The position numbers and the translations under genes were made by a program. This document shows, piece by piece, positions 13,359-25,778 of a DNA stretch of 64,000 nt. The stretch covers positions 85,560,001-85,624,000 of the forward strand of contig NC_082720.1 in the NCBI RefSeq assembly GCF_030144855.1, in the 5' to 3' direction. A model generated the notes under the pieces. That model made no database searches. It was not told the DNA's origin and saw only the letters and a list, made by a program, of their open reading frames with translations. Origin of the DNA: Hypanus sabinus (Eukaryota). Within the stretch, counting starts at the first letter, position 1. The number at the start of each line of letters is the position of its first letter.

Positions 13359-13558
13359 GCAACACACACGCAATGCTGGTGGAACGCAGCAGGCCAGGCA
13401 GCATCTATAGAAGAAGCACTGTCGACGTTTTGAGCCGAGACCCTTTGTCAGGACAAAGACAATGCTTCTTCCTATAGATGCTGCTTGGCCTGCTGCGTTC
13501 CACCAGCATTTTGTGTGTGTTGCTTGAATTTTCAGCATCTGCAAATTTCCTTGTGTTT
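13359..13558. mobile_element. Penelope-derived fold-back element (about 65-bp arms) with a mutated minus-strand hammerhead
   Basis: Arms 13359-13423 and 13458-13523 are near-perfect inverted repeats; TSD tacagtgta at 13350 and 13562; the uninterrupted site is visible in the MITE near 61740. Confidence 0.82.
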
Positions 13559-16196
13559 ATATACAGTGTAGTTTCACTTACCGGAATCGGGAAGACAGCG
13601 AACACACTCATTATGGTGTGTTAGGCTGAGCCGTCGGAGGTTGGGGTGGTGGGTGGTAGAGGAGACTGGGGTGTCATCTCATCATCGTCTGTTTCCATCA
13701 GGGCAGGCAGGTCAGTAATGTCTTCTATGTCTTCCTGCCTCGTTGTCGAAGGTCGTGGTTTGTTGTCTGCTGTGGCTGATGTGGAAGGCTTGAAAAACAA
13801 CAGTATGCTTAATTGCTTAGCCTTGTGCATTTTTCTATCATACAGTTCTTTGTAAACACTCAAACCATCCTGCAAATATGCCCTAAACCTACATACCCTT
13901 TCAAAATTAAAGTCATACTTTTCTGCAATCATTGCAGCGTTGTCAGTCGCAGTGAAAATCTCACACAATTGCTTCATGTTCAGTTCCTGGATGACTTCAC
14001 TTTCAGGCCGTTGGCTACTGCGTTCGGTTTCAATTGTTATCCTTTTCTCTTGCAAGTGTATTAGCTCTCTATCCGTCAGTTTCTTCTATCGCAATAAATG
14101 TCTTACTCGGCAATTTTTTCCAATAAATTGCAGTTTCGTCACAGTTAAACACTTGCTTATATAAATAACCACCTTCTGGAACTATTTTCTTCAGTTCTGC
14201 TAGGAACTTTTCGGCAGCTTTAGTATCAGCCGAAGCACCCTCTCCAGTAAACGTTAAACTATGAAGCTGCCCTCGCCTTGGAAACCGATCAAACCACGTA
14301 TGACCACCTTTAAATTCCTCCTTTGCAACACTTTCATCTCCACCGTCCAGTGCTTTCTGTTCCAGCTTATTAAAAAGACTGACTGATTTCTCCTTAAGTA
14401 TAAGATAACTTAACGGAAAACCGTGCTTTGTACACACATCAATCCACTCAAGCAATAGACTTTCAATTTTATCCATTATTGGATGCCAGCTAAAAGAGAC
14501 CACTTTGCTATGAGCCGAACAAACCATCGGCAGCTTTCAAGATATTTTCTCTCTGCGTGTAAGTGCTGCAAATGGTGGATGCAGGCAAGTTCAATGCGCG
14601 GACAATGTCCTTACTTCATTCAACATGATCGAAAAGCTTAATTATGTCCTGGTTTACGCTGTGTAATACCCTTACGAGCTCTTTTAGGCTTTTCTGATCC
14701 CTTAGAAGTTATCTTGCTAATGGATGCAAAAAATAAATCGAAATAAAGCACAGAGCTCACAGGCACGTGTTTAAGCATGGCGGCTAGAATGCTTTTCTGG
14801 GGGAGGAGCCTGCTCCTCAGCTGAGCTGCCTTTTTTCGTAAAAGTGGAACACTCTTCTGTTAGCGAAAACAGGTAACTAATGTAGGTCTTTCGTAACAGC
14901 GAGGTGTCAGAAAGAGAATGTTTGAAAAACGGGCCCCCTGTGTTTTATTCTCCGTGATTGCTATTTCTAATCAAGCAGTTCAAAACCGTTTGATTGGGTG
15001 TTGATTTATGTCAGAAGACTCTGGAAGCCATTACCCATCCTGTAATGCAACATATTTCTATGGGAGGAGGAATGAAAATATCCCATTTGTTCCATTTTTC
15101 AAGAAAATGATGTTGCTGTCAGTTATATCTTCTTGTCCATCTTAATTGCCCTTAAAAGGAAGGTAATGATCTCCTGTGATAAGTTTAGTTATTACTATTC
15201 CTTAACTGTTCATCCATTGATAAGGCTGGTCATCCATTGATAGGCCAGTCACCTGACCAGGTTCATGACCCAACACCACATCTAATATGACCCGTCCTCT
15301 TGTTGGACTACTTACATATTGATTTAAGAAATCTTCCTAGATGCACTTAACAAAGTCTGCCTTGTCTAAATCTCATGCAGTAAGGAGATCATGGTCTAAC
15401 TAAGGAAAGTTGAAGACAGCTACCACCTGCAATAATCTTGCTGTCTTTAAGCCTTTCCCTAACTTGGGAAAGTAGGTGGTGGGGGTTGTCATATAATTCC
15501 ATCGAAGTGATTGCACCTTTCTTACTTCTGAGTTTTACCCATGTACACTCAGTAGATGAAGCCTCTATTATATCCCGAGTGCAGCAGTGATATTATCCCT
15601 AATTTAAAGTACAACTCCCTCCACCCCCACCCCTTCCATCTCTTACCACCTTCTCTATATTTTTCTAAAACACTGAAGCTTTGGAACATTAAGCATCCAT
15701 TCTTGTCTCTGTGTGTGTATCCGTCCGTCCACCTCCTCTCTCCTCCTCCCTCCCTCTCCTCCTCCCCACCCCCTCTCCCATGATATTCTAATGTTAAAAT
15801 ACACACACTTCAACCCGTTCATCCCATTCTGTACTGTTCTTATTGGTTATGACATCTACTTCCTTCCAATTTCTCCACTTTCTCACCTGGTACTTTGTTT
15901 CCTATCCCTACCAGACTAATTTAATCCCTCCCAAATAGCATTAGGAAATCTAGTTGTTATTTGTTTCCCTTCAGTTATGGTGTTAACTGTCCCTCTTGTG
16001 TTCTGAAAATAATCCAATGATCCAAGAACCTGAAATCCTACCCATGCACCAGTTTCTTAGCCACACATTCATTTGTTCTTTTTTCTTATTCCTAACCTCC
16101 TTACACTTGTGTACAGGAAATGATATTAAGTCATCTTGAATCTTTATTACCTTTTGAGGTCCTGCTTTTCAAACTCTTTGCTAAATTCACTGCATT

Positions 16197-16406
16197 AGAT
16201 ACAAAATACTGGAGTATGGAAAAGAGTACAGTCCAAGTTTCAGGCCGGGACCCTTCAGCAGGACCTGTCTGCATTCCTGATGAAGGGTCTCAGCCCGAAA
16301 AGTCGACTGTAATTTTTTCCATAGATGTTGCCTGGTCTTCTGAGTTGCTCCAGCATTTTGTGCGTGTTGCTTGGTTTCCCAGCATCTGCAGACTTTCTCT
16401 TGTTTG
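16197..16406. mobile_element. Penelope-derived fold-back element with two inverted hammerhead motifs
   Basis: Same arm sequence as the other copies; possible decayed TSD tcactgcatt / tcattgtatt. Confidence 0.78.
16272..16309 (+). ncRNA. Minimal type-I hammerhead ribozyme motif (best-preserved copy)
   Basis: cattc-CTGATGA-a-gggt(ctca)gccc-GAAA-aGTC-gactg: both core boxes, stem II, GUC site and stem I. Confidence 0.7.
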
Positions 16407-17995
16407 TCATTGTATTGAACCTTTTCCCTCGTTCCACCTATGTCATTGGTGCGAATGTGAATGTTGAGAATGTTCCGCAGCCACTCTTGACTCTCAAGAC
16501 ATTTTTGACCCTTTTCTACTTGCATCTTGCAGCTTTTCTACTGATGGCCATGTACAAGTTAGAAATGCTCCACTACATCTCCTGAATGACTGCAGCACCA
16601 GTGATGCTTGAGCTCCATATTATCTAAAATCAAAGCAGTCCTGAGCAGTTACTTCCTCCACTGATGCACCGTTCAGTATATTTTTTTACCACCATGTGGA
16701 AAGGGTACTATATTTACTTTCCTAACTTGAATACACTGGCTACACTGAACTTGCCTAATGCTTACACTAGAACATCCTTCTGCCTTATGAAGGAAGAAGA
16801 GTCTTGAGTGTGTAGGAACAGCATCACCTGCAGGCCTCCCTGCCATTCTCACACCATCCCGAATAAGAAATGTAGTGCCTTTGTTTTGATGTTGATGCAT
16901 CTAAGCATCTGACCCTTTCCAGGCAGCATTGGGATACACCTTGATGTGGAAGAATTGGAGTAGTTGAAATATGGCAGCTTGGCACCTCCTCCTGGAAAAC
17001 TCTGGGAAATCCACAAAGAATAGATACATTTAAAAGCAAAAATAACTCTTCAATACATGAATGTGGTGATTAGATAATGTTATGTTTGTCTATCAAAGTT
17101 TTCTTTAATGTTCACATGTTTTTTTTTGTTTGGGAAGTACTTGCTAATAAGAGATTGGGAGTGGGCAATCATGCACCAACTGAAAGGACCTTTGTAGTTA
17201 CTGTAAGTCAATATTGGAATTAGGTGAATATTTGTCCAATGGTTATGTCAGCTTTGAAATCTTGGAAATCTGCAGGTAAATTACTTTTGCTAGGAATTTT
17301 TTTCAATTAAAATAATGAGCTTTGTGTTATCTTGGTGATTACTAAATACTGCAGATAAATAATCTGGTGATAAGTTTAAACCAAAGCTATTGACATTTGC
17401 ACAATAAAGTAGCTTTGCTATTATCTCCTCAAGCTATTTAATGAAAGTTAGTAGGTGTAATGGTAATCTTTAGAGAGACATGGAACTGTGAGAGAACAAG
17501 CAAGTTATCTTTTGGGGAACACCCATCTTGCAAACATGGTGTTCTGTGGTTTTTTGCAGGTTTTGATGGTTTATACATGCAGTTAATAAAGCTGCAGTAG
17601 AAATAGAGAGCTTGAAGAAATGGACAGTGTGGCAAATATACAGTGGTAAAATGAGCAACATTGTGACCAGTAATAATTAGTTATGCATCTTTTCACATAG
17701 AAGCATAATTGCTGATAGTTGAAAATACTGCCCGTGTTAACATTGCCTCTGGGTGTTCAGTTAACCTTGTGTTTTAAGGAAAATGGAGCTTTCTTATTTG
17801 GTAAGGTTGGCTATGTAAATAACAAACTACTGTAGGATTAAGCAGTTCCAGATCATTGTCAGATAGATCTCTTTTTAATGTTTTTGTCCCTTTATTAAAG
17901 CAGTGGAGCCTGTTGACATAATACACCCTATGAATCCATTCTTCAGGGAAAACCCCACTTAGTCAGTTACCACACAATGACTCCTACTTGATTAC

Positions 17996-18190
17996 CACAC
18001 AAAATGCTGAAGGTCAAGCAGCATCTATGGACAGAAATAAACAGTCAAAAGTTTTGGGCCCAGACCCTTCATCAGAACTCAGCCCAAAACGCCATCTGTT
18101 TACTCCTCTCCATTGCTTCTGCTTGACCTGAATTCCTCCAACATTTTGTTTGTGTTGCTCTGGATTGCCAGCATCTGCAGAACCTCTGTA
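17996..18190. mobile_element. Penelope-derived fold-back element
   Basis: Arms cacacaaaatgctg.. / ..cattttgtttgtg; the minus strand reads CTGATGA agggtctgggccc aaaa at about 18042-18079. Confidence 0.72.
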
Positions 18191-18199
18191 TAAAAATAG

Positions 18200-20420
18200 T
18201 CAGATAAGAGTGTGTTCCCCACAAAATCATTCAGAGTCTTCCCCAAGCAGAAACCCCAGATGAACCATGAGATCTGTAATCAGTTGAGGGCCAGATCAGA
18301 GGCATTCAAGACCAAGAAAGTCATAATAAGTCTAGGTATGATTTCCAGAAAGTCAGTTCAAGGGCGAAGTTTCAATTCCAGACTAAATTTGAATCAATGA
18401 AGGTGCTCGACAGTGGGGTCAGGGCTTGAATACTGTCAACTTTTATAAAGCAATTCGCTCCAGATGAGCTCAATGCTTTCTCTGCTCACTTTGACCATCA
18501 AAACATGGAGGAACCATCACAAACTCCCACAGCTCTCTATGATCCCGTGATTTTAGTCTCTAAGGCTGACATACAAGCAGCCTTTAGGAGGGTAAACTGA
18601 TGAAAGACATCTGGCCAGGCGAGGTACCTGGCCAAGAACTAAAGACCAGTGCTGATGAACTGGCTGGAGGGTCCGATGAGATCTTTAACTTCTCACTTCG
18701 GCTGTCTAAGGGACCCACTGCTTCAAGCAGGCTTCACCTATACCAGTCAAGTCCATCATCCCCTCAAAACTAATTAATAAGCTTCAAGACCTTGGCCTTT
18801 ACCTCCCTGTGCAATTGGATCCTCAGCTTGCTTACTTGCAGTTCCTAGTCATTTCAGATTAGCAACACAATCTCCATCAGCCCAGGTGCTCCACAAGGCT
18901 GTGTGATTAGCCTCCTGCTCTGCTCACTTTATACTTAGGACTGTATGGTTAAGCACAGCTCCAGTGTCATTCAACTACTGTCATAGGCCGAAGCAAGGGT
19001 GGTGATGAGTCAGCACGTAAGAGGGAGATTGAAAATTGAGTTGTGCCATAACCACCTCCTCATAATATCAGCAAGACCAAGAAGCTGATCACGGGCAACA
19101 GGAAAAGGAAAACAGGTAAGTGAGCCAGTACTCATCAGAGGATCAGAGATCAGCAAATTCCTCTACTATCATTTTGAAGGACCTGTTCTGGGCCCACCAC
19201 GCACGTGCAATTACAAAGAACATGGCAGCACCTCTACTTCCTTGGGATCTTGCAAAGATTCAGCATGACATCTAAAACTTCCATATATGTATGGTGAAGA
19301 GTATACAGGTATACCCCTTTTTTTGAACGTTTGCTTTACGACAACTCACTGTTACGAAAGACCTACATTAGTACCTGTTTTCGCTAACCAAAGAGGATTT
19401 TCGCTTTTACGAAAAAAAGACGCCCACTTTATACATGTGTTTACCCCGAGAAAGACTACAATGACCGTGAAGCCTTGTGTGGGCAGATGTTTGCACATGT
19501 GTGTACGTGCCGATTTTTTTTTTCTCCAAATCGATTTTGGCTCGCTGTCTTCCTGATTTTGATAAGTCAAACTACACTGTACATACAATATTTCTACTTT
19601 ATATAGTCTGTGTATTTGTCATATCATTCCTGCTTTTACTGTGTTAGTGTTATTTTAGGTTTTATGTGTTATTTGGTTTGATTTGATAGGTTATTTTTTG
19701 GGTCTGGGAAGGCTCAAAAAATTTTCCCATATAAATTAACGGTAATTGGTTCTTCGCTTTATGACATTTTGGCTTACAAACGGTTTCATAGGAAAGCTCT
19801 ACCTTTGGATAGCAGGGGAAATCTGTATAGACGAGCTGCATCACAATCTGTTATGGAAACACCAATGCCCTTGAATGGAAAATCATACAAAAAGTAGTGG
19901 ATACAGCCTAGTCATCATGGGTAAAGCCCTCCTCACCGTTGAGCACATATACACGGAACGCTGTTGTGGGAAAGCAGCATCCATAATCACGGACGCCCAC
20001 CATGAAGGTCATGTTCATTTCTCGCTGCTGCCATCAGGAAGAAGATACAAGAAACTCAGAACATTCAAGAATAGCTATTACCCCTCAACCATCAGGCTCT
20101 TGAACCAGAAGGGATAACTTCACTCAACTTCACTTGCACCATCACTGAAATGTTCCTGCAACCCATAGAATCAGTTTTCTTCATCTCATGCTCTTGATAT
20201 TTATTGCTTACTTCATTATTATTAATTCTTTCTTTCTGTGTTTGCACAATTTGTTTGTTTCGCACCCTGTTTCAACATTCAAGTTAGTGCCATCTTTCAT
20301 TGATTCTATTGTGGTTATTATTCTATAATGGATTTATTGAGTATGCCCACAAGAAAATGAATCTCAGTGTTGTATATAGTGACATGTATATGCTTTGATA
20401 ATAAATTTACTTTGAACTTT
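18200..20420 (+). mobile_element. Rex1/Babar LINE, decayed, interrupted by a Tigger MITE
   Basis: FPKQKPQMN, ggtgctccacaaggctgtgtg, FSLLPSGRRY..NSYYPSTIRLLN; tail aataaatttactttgaacttt. Confidence 0.82.
19306..19825 (+). mobile_element. Tigger-derived MITE
   Basis: TA|caggtatacccc..ggggaaatctg|TA; reverse complement of the 61512-62012 copy. Confidence 0.88.
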
Positions 20421-21003
20421 AAATCGAACACAGTGCATCTACCATTTCTTTCTTACCTTACTCTTACATCTTTTACAGTAATAAATTTATTAAAATGTGA
20501 TTTTCCCCTTTCACCATTTCTTACAATTCAAAAAGGTCAATATGGTTTCATTCTGATTTGTCTGAATATCCTGCTAGATAAATTATATGTGGTTTCTGTA
20601 TTTGCAATAATTGCAGAAAGTTTTTTTTTGTGCAAACCTAAAATTTAAACAAAAAACTTTCTGCAAGGAGCTGGCCAATTATTATTCTTTTCAACATGAT
20701 ATACCTTTTTTTTCTCAATTTACTACCACTTTTAACTTAGTTTTCTATCTCTTTAATTCTCAGTGGAATACATCTATATTCCAGTTCATAAAATCCTCAA
20801 ATATCTGTTTATTGCCCTTTATAATTCATTTTATTACCCACTAGCCAAATTGCCATAATTTTTTTTTAAAGTTTTAGTCATTTGTTTCAAACTGAGGGTT
20901 CTTACTCAAACCTAATCCAAAATTACATGGAACGGTCTCCCTTCACGAAATCTTGCTCTCAAATCATTAATTCAGTTTGACTGTACACAGCTGATCTTAA
21001 ATA

Positions 21004-22783
21004 CCGTAAATTCCGGACTATAAGCCGCTACTTTTTTCCCAGGCTTTGAACACTGCGGCCTATACTACGGTGCGGCTAATGCATGTTTTTTTTCATGCCG
21101 TCAAAAACATTTTGCCTCGTAACAGTAGACCAATAAAATTGATGAGTAGTTCACAGAGGTCCAATGAAATTGTACGATAAATCAAGCGCACTTTCACAAT
21201 TAAATTATTGTAAATCAGTCATTTGTACTCACCCTCATCAACATGGAAAACACTCGAAGAAAAGCATATGATGCAGCTTTTAAGTTAAAGGCGATCAATC
21301 TGGTGGTTGAAGAAGGAAATTGAGCTGCTGCACATAATCTTGGCATAAATGAATCGATGGTGAGACGGTGGAGACGCCAGCGTGAAGAACTGAGTCAATG
21401 CAAAAAGACGACAAAAGCTTTCAGAGGTAATCATTGCAGATGGCCCGAACTTGAAAACTTTCTTGAAGACTGGGTTAACACACAGAGAGCAGGCGGCCGC
21501 GGTGTTTCCACTGTGCAGATCAGACTGAAGGCTAAAGCAATTGCAACCAAAATGAAAATCGAAGATTTTAGAGGTGGGCCATCGTGGTGTTTTAGATTTA
21601 TGAGACGAAAAGGCCTGTCCGTCAGGCTACGCACGACTCTGTGTCAGCAACTCCCTCCTGACCACGAGGAAAAACTTGCTAACTTCCGCACATTCACTCA
21701 AACAAAGATAGCGGAGAATTCCATCGGGCCAGATGATATCATAAATATAGATGAAGTACCTTTGACGTTTGACCTGCCTCTCTCTTGGACTGTTAATAAA
21801 AAAGGTGACTCGTCCATCACACTGAAAACAAGAGGCCATGAGAGAACGCATTTTACTTGTGTTCTGAGCTGCACAGCATCCGGACTAAAGCTTCCACCGA
21901 TGGTGATTTTTAAGTGGCTGACAATGCCAAAGGAAAAATTCCCAAAAGAAATCATGGTGAAAGTCAATAAGAAAGGTTGGATGATGGAGAGTCTAATGAA
22001 GGATTGGCTCAGAGAGTGCTATGCCAAGTGACCAGGGGGATTTTTTCACAGAAAAAAACGGCGCTGCGCGTTGAGTGGGAGGCTTGGATGACGAGCGGCG
22101 AGAAATCCTTTACCAAAACAGGACGCATGTGAAGAGCATCTTTAAGTCAAGTCTGCCAGTGAATCCTAAATCCTAAGAAAGATATTTAAAAGTGTCACAA
22201 CATCCACCATCACCAACGGGTTTCGAAAGGCAGGACTGCTGCGTGATGAAGAGGACCGCGTGCGCTCAAGTGAGAGCGACAACGAAGAGACTGAAGTGAG
22301 TGACGAGATCCTGAGGTTGTTCAATTCGGACACTGTAGAAGAGGACTTTGATGGTTTTAGTGTGCAGGAGGAAGATGAAGAAGGCAATCAATAACTTTTC
22401 CTGGTAGGCTGCAGTATATATATTTTTTTACCAGTCGTTAGGAGATATTGGGATGTTGTTCGTGCACTGTTCAGTAAAAAAGTATACGCAACGTAATTTG
22501 TGTGTTCCCGATACGTATGTATATTTAAAAGTAGCTGTGTTACAGGCACTGTTCGAAAAAAAGCATTTGCAATATGTATTTGTTTATGTTACCATACGGA
22601 TTTAATTAAAAGTTAAAAAATCCTCGCGTGTAATATCTTTCTGTGTAAATATCTCATATTACAACGTGGGACACCTGCGGCTTAAAATCCGGTGCGGCCT
22701 GTACAAGTACAAAATTGATTTTCTTTCTAAAATTAGAGCGTGCGGCTTTTAATCAGGTGCGCTCTGTAGTCCGGAATTTACGG
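21004..22783 (+). mobile_element. pogo/Tc2-type (POGK/Passer-like) DNA transposon with a disrupted transposase
   Basis: Perfect 17-bp TIR CCGTAAATTCCGGACTA, TA TSD; ORF from ATG 21243 (RKAYDAAFKLK, HTH, NIDEVP, GLKLPPMVIFK, KGWM); TGA at 21321 and 22029; rest of catalytic domain deleted. Confidence 0.92.
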
Positions 22784-23227
22784 TAGTTGGGCCACAATGT
22801 ACAAGCTAATTCAAATATCCTCTCTGACCTTGAGACTACTTTGCCAATGTACATGATTAGTTGCAACCCAGTTACTTCTTGGTTTACCCTGAACTACAGT
22901 ATGTTAGCTCTACGGGTTACTCTCACAAGTTTATTTTTCTGTTATAGTTTCTTGTCCTCAGCCAAAATAATTTCTTTGATAACTTTCTTCTTTTACTGAT
23001 CCAATTCCATATTTATGGAATTAGTATAATAATCACTTGTTTCTGCTATCCTAGGATATGTCATTTGCTCTTGAATCTTTAGTTCCCTCACTTGGTCAAC
23101 TTGCATCCTTGCCTCTGTAGATGATGTCCTGATGAAATCTTTGCCCCAAACATTGACTGTGTATTCCCCTCCATAGATACTGGTGAGTTCCTCACCAAGA
23201 GCCTTGGTATCCAGTACTCAGTGAATG

Positions 23228-25778
23228 TAGACCTTAAAACATAGGAGCAGAATTAGGCCATTCAGCCCATTCCATCAGGGCTGATTCTGGATCCCACTCG
23301 ACCCCATACACCTGCCTTCTTGTCATATCCTTTGATGCCCTAGAAACTATCAACTTCTATCTTAATATCCCCAAGGACTTGGCCTCCACTATGATCTATA
23401 CCACAGTATTCCAAGGATTCACTACTCTCTAGCTAAAAAAAAAGTCCTCCTTACCTCTGTTCTAAAAGGTCGCATCCCTCTTTCTCCCCACCGTCCCCCA
23501 ATTTTGAGGCTGTGCCCTCTAATTCAAGATAGTTCTGGATACACCCACCAGAGGGAATTTCCTCTCCACATCCACCTTATCTAGTCCTTTGGGTGGGTTT
23601 CGCTAAGATCCCCCTGCATTCTTCTAAATTCCAGTAAGAACAGGCCGAAAGCTGCCAAGTGTTCCTCGCATGTTAACCCCTTCATTCCCAGAATGAGCCT
23701 CGTGAACCTCCTCTGGGCTCTCCAATGACAGCACATCCTTTCTGAGATATGGGGCCCAAAACCGTTGACAATATTTCACATGCTGCCTGACTAGTGTCTT
23801 GTAAAGACTCAGCGTTATCTCCTTGCTTTTATATTCTATTTCCCTTGAAATATATGCCAATATTTAATTTGCCGTCTTTACCACAGACTCAACCTGTAAA
23901 TTAACCTTCTGGGAGTCTTGCATGAGGACTCCCAAGTCCCTCTGCACCTCTGATGTTTCAACTTTCTCTCCATTTAGATAACAGTCTGCACTATTGTTTC
24001 TTTTACCAAAATGTATTATTGTACATTTCCCACCTGCCTTTTTTTTTTGCCCATTCTTCCAATTCGCACTACCAACCCCACTACCTATCTTCGTATCATC
24101 TGCAAACTTTGCTACAAGCCATCAATTCTATTATCCAAATCATCAACAAACAATATGACCTCTGAGGAACACCACTAGTCACTGGCAGCCAGCCAGAAAA
24201 GGCTCACTTTATACCCACTCTCTGCCTCCTGCATGTCAGCCATTCCTCTATCCATACCAGTATTTTTCCTATAATGGCATAGGATTTTATCTTGTTAAGT
24301 AGGCTCATGTGGCACCTTATCAAATGCCTTCTGAAAATCCAAGCAAATGGCATCCACTGCCTCTCCTTTGTCCACCCTGCTTGTTACCCCCTCAAATAAC
24401 TCAACAGATTTATCAGGCAAGATTCCCCTTTACAGAAGCCATGCTGACTTTGATTTATCATTAGTCTCCAAGTACCCCAAAGCCTCATCTTTAATAATGG
24501 ATTCCAACACTTTCCCAACCACTGAGGTTAGGCTAACTGGCCTATAATTTCTTTTGCCTTCCTCCCTTCTTAAAGAATGGAGTGACATTTGCAATCTTCC
24601 AGTTCTCCGGGACCATGCCAGAGACAATTGATTCTTGAAAGGTCATGACCAATGCATATGTTATCTCTTCAGCAACTCCTCTAAAGACTGTAAGATGTTG
24701 TCCGTCTGGTCCAAGTGATTTATCCATCTTAAAACCTTTGAGTTTGCCTAGCACTTCTTGCTATGTATAGCAATGGCACTCACTCCTGCTCCCTGACACT
24801 CACAGACCTCTGGCACACTGCTAGTGTCTTCCACGGTGAAGACTGATGCAAAGTACTTATTGTGCTCATCTGCCATTTCTTTAGACATTTAACAACACCT
24901 AGCACCTTTGTCATGCTAGTGATAGATGAGTAGCCAAAACTGCACATAATTGTTCAAATCCTCACCAACGTCTTGTACAATTTCAACATAATATCCCAAC
25001 TTATGTACTTAATACAGACCAATGTAGGCCAGTGTACCAAACACTTTCTTTACAATCCTACCTTTGACATTGCTTTCAAGGAGTTATGAATCTGTATTCC
25101 CAGATCCTTCTACTCTGCCACACTCCTCGGTACCCTACAGATCACCATGTAAGAGCTACCCTTGTTAGTCCTCTTCAAATGCAACTCTTAACATTCTTCT
25201 GCATTAAATTCCACCCGCCAACTTTCAGCGGATTTTTTTTCCCCAGCTGGTCCATATCCTGTTGCAAGCTTTGATAGTCTTACTCACTGTCTACTACGCC
25301 CCCAATCTTGGTGTCATCTGCTAATTTGTTTATCCAGTTTACCACATTATCATTATGATCGTTGATCTAGATGACAAAAAACAAAAGACACAGCACCGAT
25401 CCCTGTGGCACACCACTAGTCACAGCTCTCCACTCAGAGAGGCAACCATCTACTATCACTCTCTGGCTTCTCCCACAAAGCCAATGTCTAATCCAATTTA
25501 TAACCTCATCTTGAATGCTGAGTAACTGAACCTTCTTGACCAACCTCCCATGAGGGACCTAGCCAAATGTTGTGAAAAAGTCCATGTAAACAACATCCAC
25601 TACCTTGTCTAAAACTTTGCTGTTAACTTTCTCAAAAAACTTATTGGTTAGACATGACCATACATGAAGCCATGTTGACTATCCCTAATCAGTCTCTGTC
25701 TTTCCAAGTACTTATGAATCCGGTCCCTTAGAATACTTTCCATTAACTTTCCTACTTCTGATGTCAGGTTCACTGGCA
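23228..25778 (-). mobile_element. Two adjacent decayed CR1 LINE RT fragments
   Basis: NYRPVSLTSVVGKVLESII, LYKTLVRQHVKYC, VPENWKIANVTPFFKKG, NLTSEVGKLMESIL; junction near 24885. Confidence 0.85.

Larger units (their letters stand above)
11736..14940 (-). mobile_element. Tigger/pogo DNA transposon with an internally deleted transposase; host of nested inserts
   Basis: ORF 14069-14527: CENP-B-type HTH (LLLEWID..LKEKS..GGHTWFDRF) and QVFNCDET, joined directly to an acidic C-terminus; termini match the MITEs at 19306 and 61512. Confidence 0.88.
15240..17000 (-). mobile_element. Old CR1 LINE fragments (endonuclease and ORF1 region)
   Basis: Decayed similarity to the CR1 at 56131-59595; boundaries approximate. 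Confidence 0.55.

Noticed and set aside
17560-17646. Possible cassette exon (ttttgcag|GT..G|gtaaaa) in intron 2
   Set aside because: In-frame stop, weak donor and no homology support; cannot be told from chance
1404-18190. CRISPR-like or prokaryotic repeat system from the recurring palindromes
   Set aside because: Copies are dispersed with no regular spacers, the context is a spliced eukaryotic gene, and the arms link to a Penelope remnant
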